Shown here: piece after piece, positions 18,847 through 25,604 of the stretch
Position numbering within the stretch: the stretch's first letter is position 1
Layout of the letters: every line of letters begins with the position of its first letter
Source: Vitrella brassicaformis CCMP3155
Lineage: Eukaryota > Protista > Chromerida
Assembly: GCA_001179505.1 (NCBI GenBank)
Contig: CDMY01000740.1
Coordinates: 1-25,604 of the forward strand
Direction: 5' to 3'
DNA length: 25,604 bases
Notes under the pieces: model-generated
What the model was told of the DNA's origin: nothing
What the model saw: the letters and a program-made list of their open reading frames with translations, nothing else
The model's database searches: none
Translations under genes and position numbers: made by a program

Positions 18847-20087
18847 ATGGAGCGCCTTCTCTGTGGCTACTTGTTCTTGTTGTTGCTGGCTAGCTCTCTG
18901 GCGAGAGGCGAGGACAAGCCCCACTTCCACTTCTCCTATGGAGGCATCAAGACGCATCTCGCTCTTTCGACGCTGGTATACCATTATGGGAAGCTTCTGG
19001 AACCCCCCGACATCCATTTCTCTACAGCCGGGAATGAGACGATTGTGACCGATAGCGTCGGGGTAGGCAGCCTCACAATGGCGCTATGTGTGGCAACGTG
19101 TGCTTTCTTTTCATCCTCAGATGCCAGAGTCAACGCCTCAAGACAGCAGATATAATATTCTTGAAGCAGCGCGCTACCTCAAGGATACATTCCCCCAGGG
19201 CAGAGTCACTTGGTACGCGTGAAGATGAGTTATGGCTGCGTTTCACCATCTCATTATTACGTTACATCTCATGAGTTGCGCCTGCTCTTAGGTTTCGGGA
19301 CCTCCGCAGGACTGACCTCCAGGTCGGCCTCACCATAAGCGCTAAGTCTTCAGCGATGGCCGTTGTTTTCCGCGGGACAGAAACGTGGTTTGACTGGGCC
19401 GTCGATCTCAAGTGCGCGAAGCACAGCTGAACAAAGGAGTATGAATAAGCATCAAACACTGCCTTTTCTTCTTCCTGTGTCTACAGGATCTCGAAAAAGG
19501 CGCTCCCTGGTGATGTCGACAGTGTGTACGTGCACGAGGGCTTCTTCTGGAAGCTTTTCAGCAAAGGAGACGACGGCCAAAGTGTCTATGACCTGATTCT
19601 TCGAGCGGTCCGGGAGGAACTAAAGAAGCATCAATACGAATACATCTATGTGACCGGCCACAGTCTTGGTGGAGCGCTTGCGACCCTCTGTGGCTACCAA
19701 TTGGCGAAAGACCTGCCGGATCGCCAGATTTGGGTGGTTTCGTTTGCGAGCCCCCGAGTCGGCAACCAAGCATGGAAAGATGCCTTCCACATGACGCCCA
19801 ACCTAGAGCATGTCCGAGTGGCTGTTCATGGTGATCCGGTAACTTCAGGGCCACTGATCCGGTACAAGCATGTGGGCGATGTCATCAAGCTGTATGAGGA
19901 CAAGGTGCTCTTCTTCCAGAAGCATGAGGACAGCATGACGAGATTTTGGTGGTTCAATGTGAAGTGGAACTTTGAAGGGGCAAAGAGGGACCACTCGCTG
20001 GCCCAATATTGGGCGAATCTCGGCAACAACTGGTGGTCGTATCACTCGAGACAAGTTGAGACGTGTGTGGTAGAAGGGGAGCTGTGA
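18847..20087 (+). CDS. Secreted class-3 (fungal-type) lipase, alpha/beta hydrolase; join(18847..19062,19121..19212,19292..19411,19487..20087), 342 aa
   Basis: Signal peptide MERLLCGYLFLLLLASSLARG. Three phase-compatible GT-AG introns (58, 79 and 75 nt). Lipase_3 motifs VVFRGT-W-DW-DL, VHEGF, YVTGHSLGGALA (nucleophile Ser), SFASPRVGN, GDPV (Asp) and DHS (His). Confidence 0.93.
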
Positions 20088-20743
20088 TGAAACGGAAGCA
20101 TTGCAAGGAATGAGTGCCAGTGATGGGCTTATTTTTCTAACAGGGAGCCGACTGGGAGCCGCCCATATATATACAGGCTTCTTCTTTTTCTGGTGAGAGC
20201 AGAGCGCTGTGCTGTGCATCTGTTGTGTCGGCGGGCATGGTGTGTTGGCCCGTCTCTCTTATTTATGAAATGACATACGGCATCGTTTTATGCATAGATG
20301 TGTTTGCTGTCAATCACAATGCATGGCCATCTATCGCACGTGTGTGGTTCACGAAAAGGGTGTGCTTGCGTGATGGACAATGTGTATGTGCTTTTATGTG
20401 TGATCTTTCTTACGTGTACGGATGGCCTCCTCTTTTTATACATGTGCCTGCTGTACGCCTTCCTTTCTTTTTACGCATGGTCGCCCGCTGTTCATGAGAA
20501 GACACGAAGATATGGTACGAAAACACTGCGACTGAGAAGTTCATGTATACAAAGCGTTGACGGCGAGTCGAGTGAGTGGATGTAGGAAATGGATAAATAT
20601 AGGCATAACCATCTATCCTCATGTTCTTAATTAGCGTACCTCACCAATCTACACATACGCGCACGCACAGAGGGTACACACACACACACACCTACACGAT
20701 GCATCCATGCAAGTACCACCCCCTGCATATATATATTATATAT

Positions 20744-21500
20744 GTGCAGGTGCGCGCACAGAGATATTCTTAATATGCACACTCCCAACTCGACGCGTGT
20801 TCTCCCAACTCGACGCGTGTATGCGCAGGTGTACGGACAGAGATATTCTTTATATACACACACTCCAAGTCGAATCTGATGAATGCCTGTGTGCGCACAC
20901 TGCGCATGCACGTTTGGACTTGGGGTGTGTGTATCTGATGAATGTCTGTGTGCGCACACTGCGCATGCACATTTGGACTTGCACTGTGTATATGGCGCAT
21001 GCACGCGTCGAGTTGCAGTGCGTCTGAGATGAACGTCTCTATGCGCACACCTGCGCATGCGCGTTTGGACTTGGGGTGTTTGTAAATGATGAATGTCTGT
21101 GTGCGCACACCTGCGTATACACGTGCCGACTTGGAGTGAGTGCATATGATGAATGTCTCTATGCGCGCACACTTGCGCATGCACGTTTGGACTTCAAGTG
21201 TGTGTGTATATAATGATTGTCTCTGTGCGCACACTGGCAAATGCTCGTTTGGACGTGAAGTGTGTGTGTGTAATGAATGTCTGTCTGTGGACACCTGCGC
21301 CTGCACGTTTGCACTTGAAGTGTGTGTACATGATGCATGTCTGTGTGCGCCCTGCGCGTGCACGTTTGGACGTGGAGTATGTGTATATGGTGAATGTCCC
21401 TATGGGTACATGGTGAATGTCCACCTGCGCATGCACGTTTGCACTTGAAGTGTGTGTATGATGAATGTGTGTGTGCGCCACCTGCGCATGCACGTATGGA
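20744..21500. repeat. 60-bp minisatellite array A6 with an internal orientation switch (CA orientation to ~20872, TG orientation from ~20876)
   Basis: ...cactccaagtcga is joined almost directly to tgatgaatgcctgtgtgcgcac...; the units are more diverged than those of A3/A5. Confidence 0.9.
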
Positions 21501-22538
21501 CACGTCGAAAGCCTCGTTACCGACATCTCACACACAATCTGTCTCTGACACAGTAGATGACATCGCAGAGCACAGAGGAGAGGCGCTGACTTTGAAGAAG
21601 GAGAAGAAGCCAGAAGGACGAGAGAAGTAAGGCGTCCTTTTCCAGGAAGGTATTTGACGATTCGGACGATTCAGGCCCTCGACTTTGACAGGCTTCTTAA
21701 CCACCCCCATCAACGGTGTACTGGGTGTTCTGGATGCAGTCAGACCATGTATCTGTCCTCCTTTAGAAAGATGATCACGGAGAGAAACAGAGGGTGCAGT
21801 GCTTCAAAAAGACGGCACGGATGAGAAGTGCAATGAAGATTCCAGCAACGCTCGTACGCGGCTTGACAAAACGACAGTGGATGCAGAATTGGAGGGCGGT
21901 GAAAGAGATGAAAGCAAAGCACTCCTCTTTCCATCCTATTAACGCAACCGTACTCTTGAGAGCAGCACTGTTGAGAGTCGCAATCGACTTGAGACCATAA
22001 GACTATCGAAAAGCACTCAGTAGTACACATGCCCAATCATATGATGTCGAGAGCAAAAGAAAGCGAGTACGTCTGGATGACTAAGAGAAAGCCGCCAAGA
22101 AAAGACAGTTGTCGTCATCCGTATCTTTCGTACAGTTGTTGTACTCCTTATCGCGTAGAAGACCCATCATGCCTACATGCCGAGCGTCTACATACGTACA
22201 AGTCGGAACGACGAAGGCACATGCAGTGAGACGAAAAAAAGGAACATTCTGTATGAACCAAGAAATCACGAAAACAACGTAACCCCATATCACCATGCGC
22301 ACTATGCGACAGAAGGAGGGAGGTCTCAGATTGACAGTAACAAAGTACATAAGCGGCACTACAAGAAGGGGCTACTACGAAGCCTCCTTGCCAGACCTGC
22401 CCCCCTCTTGTGGAGATGCTGAAAGAGCACGATTTGTCCTGCACTTCGCGTCCGGACGCCTGAAGGACAACAGCAAGTAGCAACCGTCGGGAACGACTGG
22501 GCACTATGTCGGCAGACCACTGCTCTGTGTTCGCTTAC

Positions 22539-22802
22539 CTATTCTGCGGCAGTATCAGACCGCTCAATGCCGGTCACAGCACCAGCAAGTTCACAGGGCA
22601 CTTCTGCATTACCCTTGTGAGCCACTGCTCCTTTCGGCATGTCCTCTTGGGTCCGCAAGAGTTCACGACGCGTAGGGCGGCAGCAGGCACCCGATGGTAG
22701 GCAGTAAGGAGGAGAACATCCGGAACCAGGGCAAGGGACACACTGTTGCACCGACGGCTGAAGGACGGCTAGAAGAATGAGGAGAACCAAGACGAGCTTC
22801 AT
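22539..22802 (-). CDS. Probable small secreted cysteine-rich peptide precursor (87 aa as one exon; C-terminus may be spliced)
   Basis: Internal Met of ORF 22539..22913 gives MKLVLVLLILLAVLQPSVQ (signal peptide), then QCVPCPGSGCSPPYCLPSGACCRPTRR with six Cys in C-x2-C-x4-C-x4-C-x5-CC, then a dibasic RR. Possible donors gtaatg (~22611) and gtaagc (~22538) lie on the minus strand. Confidence 0.5.
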   Translation of the reverse strand: MKLVLVLLILLAVLQPSVQQCVPCPGSGCSPPYCLPSGACCRPTRRELLRTQEDMPKGAVAHKGNAEVPCELAGAVTGIERSDTAAE

Positions 22803-23025
22803 AATGCTTGCGGGGTGGATGAAGAGGTGTTCGAAAGAGGTGCTTCGTGACGAAGGAATTTGTCGATCCGGTGAGCCGCAAGAAGCCCTCAAGAAGCTGA
22901 TCACCATACACATGACGACACACCAATCAGTGCGGAGAATGTCGCGTTGCGTGTCAGCCTACGCCTGCATACCCCAGTGTCGTTGGCGAGGCTGATGAGG
23001 GCTTCATTGCTGAGTGCTTTGATCG

Positions 23026-23326
23026 TGTTGGAATTTTGGCATGTGTTTTACGAGTCATAGTGCTTTACCTACTGTTTTGCCACACTTGAGCGTTGACTGA
23101 CTTTCCTGCCTGTCTTCCTGCCTCTGCCTTCATGTAAGTGGGTCGCCGATAAGCCCAGCCAGCCTGCATGTCATCGTGGGTCGCCGATAGCCCAGTTCGC
23201 CAAGGCCACGTGCATTTTCGTGTTCGCCTTCGTGTTTGCATGCCTGCTTGTGTATGTTGGACCTCTCTGCCGCTCTTTTATCAACGCTCGTGGTGGGACT
23301 CTGCTCTCCACACAACAACTTCAACA
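23026..23326 (+). mobile_element. Ty1/copia 5' LTR (301 bp), second family, copy 1
   Basis: Homology with 25039-25341 starts exactly at TGTTGG in both copies. The inferred end TTCAACA gives TGTTG...CAACA inverted termini and is followed by TGGGCGC (candidate PBS). Confidence 0.7.
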
Positions 23327-23354
23327 TGGGCGCGGCAAGAACTGGACTACAGCG

Positions 23355-23794
23355 ATGACCGAGAGTCAGCTTCTCGCCGCTGCTCAACTCCTCTGCGAGG
23401 TCACTCTCGATGACGTCAAGCTCTCTGTGCCCGTCCTCGATGGAGATGAGCTCGACTACTACCGCTGGCAGCTTCGTGTGAGCAGCCTGCTCTCAGAAGA
23501 CTACGCAAACCTCCTGCCCGAGACAGAACCTGCAGCAGACGCCATCAAGAAACCATCAGAGGAGGGTCCCACCCTTACTGAGGACGACTGGAAGAAGGTG
23601 AAGGCCGTGTGGCGTCTTCTTGTGTCGGTCTGCCAGGGCGAAGCCGCTGCCTACCTCGCCAACGTCCCCGTTAACAAGAGAGGCAACGGATCGTATGCGT
23701 GGTTCTATCTGCGCAAGTGCTTCCTCGGTGATGGATCCGCTATTGGTGATCGACTGCTGGATGAGCTGCGGAGCTTCAAGTGGTTCAGCTACCA
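23355..23794 (+). CDS. gag: Ty1/copia gag N-terminal part (runs into the gap)
   Basis: MTESQLL...VPVLDGDELDYYRWQLRVSSLL...KAVWRLLVSVCQGEAAAYL...GNGSYAWFYLRKCF carries the copia gag N-terminal pattern (P-L-G--Y--W) and the G--AW--L motif. Confidence 0.8.
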
Positions 23795-24094
23795 NNNNNN
23801 NNNNNNNNNNNNNNNNNNNNNNNNNNNNNNNNNNNNNNNNNNNNNNNNNNNNNNNNNNNNNNNNNNNNNNNNNNNNNNNNNNNNNNNNNNNNNNNNNNNN
23901 NNNNNNNNNNNNNNNNNNNNNNNNNNNNNNNNNNNNNNNNNNNNNNNNNNNNNNNNNNNNNNNNNNNNNNNNNNNNNNNNNNNNNNNNNNNNNNNNNNNN
24001 NNNNNNNNNNNNNNNNNNNNNNNNNNNNNNNNNNNNNNNNNNNNNNNNNNNNNNNNNNNNNNNNNNNNNNNNNNNNNNNNNNNNNNNNNNNNNN
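23795..24094. other. Assembly gap (300 N)
   Basis: N run that joins a copia gag to an unrelated CRE 3' end. Confidence 0.99.
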
Positions 24095-24357
24095 TGACCT
24101 TCTGCCCTCTGGTGGTGACGTGTGACGGTGTGTGGGGACACGATGCCAACGTGTTCATCGCCCACATGGCTCATGCGCTGTTGGAGAAGGAGGGGTGGAA
24201 GGGTCGGGGGTTCAGTCATGTGTCTGGATGGATTCGCTCTCGCTTGTCTATCGCCCTCGCGCGTGCGACTAGCTTCTGTCTGCGTGGGGGAGGGAGGGGA
24301 GGGTTTGCGGGACTGGGGTGTGCTGATGGGGCGGGGATTGATCCCTCCTCCCCTTGA
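24095..24357 (+). mobile_element. CRE-clade non-LTR retrotransposon ORF 3' end (family Y-like)
   Basis: TFCPLVVTCDGVWGHDANVFIAHMAHAL...FSHVSGWIRSRLSIALARATSFCLRGG...DGAGI aligns with the 14367 insert and with the CRE REL C-terminus. Confidence 0.85.
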
Positions 24358-25038
24358 GCCTGTTTGACTCTGCGTGCTGATGGGACTGTATTTGTATGAG
24401 TATCACGGACACACAGACGAGTGTTACGGTTAATGACAGTTTCTCCCCCTGTATGAGCTGCATGTCGTGTGCCTGCCTGAAGCTGGCTGGAAGGAGTGGC
24501 TGGACATCAGTGAGAAGAACGGGCTCTTTTTATCCATGTACAGACAATGCATGGCCGTCCATTGCGCTTCTTGTTCCGATTGGCACTGGTTTGCGCCGGC
24601 AAGCGCTGGTTGAGATACGAGCTGACTGACTGACGAGCTCTCTGAGACTTGTACACAATGATTTGCGTTCCTAAGCGAAGCGAGAGAGATACTCTGCTTA
24701 CTCGGTATGCCAACCGACTTAGACACACACATTCACCCAGTCCTTTCTAGGCCAGTGGTCTTTGCAGCATATCGTAAGTAGATGCTGATGTCCATGAGTG
24801 GTGAGTGGGAGTGCCGAGATGCGGCTGTGAATGAGGATCAATCACCGGACGCTCAACGTTGATGTAATCAACCCAACCAAGCGCAACGAACCCGAGCCAC
24901 ACAAACGAAGAGACAAACAAACAAACAAACACACCTGAGTCCACACACCATACACACACGCAGCACCACATCCACAGAGGTCCGCATGTAACGAGTGTGT
25001 GTGTATGTAGTGTGTGTGGGTCCGAAGAACGTACCCAG

Positions 25039-25341
25039 TGTTGGGATTTGCCATGTGTTTTACGAGTCACAGCGCTCTACCTACTGTTTTGGCACACTTG
25101 AGCGTTGACTGACTTTGCTGCCTGTTTCCTGCCTCTGCCTTCATGTAAGTGGGTCGCCGATAAGCCCAGCCAGCCTGCATGTCATCGTGGGTCGCCGATA
25201 GCCCAGCTCGCCAAGGCCACGTGCCTTTTCGTGTTCGCCTTCGTGTTTGCCTGCCTGCTTGTTTATGTTGGACCTCTCTGCCGCTCTTTTATCAACGCTC
25301 GTGATCTGTGGGACTCTGCTATCCACACAACAACTTCAACA
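25039..25341 (+). mobile_element. Ty1/copia 5' LTR (303 bp), second family, copy 2
   Basis: Highly similar to 23026-23326, with the same TGTTGG start and TTCAACA end. Confidence 0.7.
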
Positions 25342-25369
25342 TGGGCGCAGCAAAAACTGGACTACAGCG

Positions 25370-25604
25370 ATGACCGAGAGTCAGCTTCTCGCCGCTACTC
25401 AACGCCTCTGCGAGGTCACTCTCGATGACGTCAAGCTCTCTGTGCCCGTCCTCGATGGAGATGAGCTCGACTACTACCGCTGGCAGCTTCGTGTGAGCAG
25501 CCTGCTCTCAGAAGACTACGCAAACCTCCTGCCCGAGACAGAACCTGCAGCAGACGCCATCAAGAAACCAACAGAGGATGGCTCCACCCTTACTGAGGAC
25601 GACT
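25370..25604 (+). CDS. gag: Ty1/copia gag start (runs off the window)
   Basis: MTESQLLAATQRLCEVTLDDVKLSVPVLDGDELDYYRW... is near-identical to the gag at 23355. Confidence 0.8.
   Translation, partial: MTESQLLAATQRLCEVTLDDVKLSVPVLDGDELDYYRWQLRVSSLLSEDYANLLPETEPAADAIKKPTEDGSTLTEDD

Noticed and set aside
7439-19439. Exact 16-mer CAGCTGAACAAAGGAG at 7439-7454 and 19424-19439 (lipase intron 3)
   Set aside because: The flanks do not extend, and roughly 0.1-0.2 such matches are expected by chance in 25 kb on two strands.
21500-22500. Short ORFs between A6 and the Cys-rich peptide
   Set aside because: No motifs; they may be UTR, intron or downstream exons of the minus-strand peptide gene, which cannot be resolved from sequence alone.
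23220-24357. ORFs spanning the second gap (23220..24125, 23620..24357) as one gene or a gag-endonuclease fusion
   Set aside because: The join runs through 300 placeholder Ns; the left side is copia gag and the right side is a CRE REL end, from unrelated classes.
24400-25038. Candidate genes in the spacer between the CRE end and the second LTR
   Set aside because: Only short ORFs and simple repeats ((ACAA)n, (GT)n); no support for a coding or RNA gene.

Overview
This is eukaryotic nuclear DNA: GT-AG introns, (CA/TG)n microsatellites and two 300-N scaffold gaps. Its style resembles the chromerid alga Vitrella brassicaformis, but that taxon is my inference only. Most of the window is repeat: six arrays of one ~60-bp RY-rich minisatellite in both orientations, a second ~120-150-bp tandem family, three Ty1/copia LTR-retrotransposon 5' fragments from two families, and five 3' fragments of REL-endonuclease (CRE-like) non-LTR retrotransposons from two families, one with an intact 14-bp TSD. 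Four host-type genes can be supported: a multi-pass membrane protein (62-1302), a 4-exon secreted class-3 lipase (18847-20087), a probable small secreted Cys-rich peptide (22539-22802, minus strand) and an intronless ORF from 8800. That ORF is the standout. Its first ~215 aa read as a gasdermin-type pore-forming domain, followed by a candidate Arg cleavage site, a Pro-rich linker, a 36-aa hydrophobic membrane hairpin and, beyond a gap, a probable acidic tail. This would be an apparently membrane-tethered gasdermin in a protist, with a copia LTR ending about 30 bp upstream of its ATG. Family assignments come from motif recognition only; no searches were run. Most long ORFs in the track are artefacts of the minisatellite.
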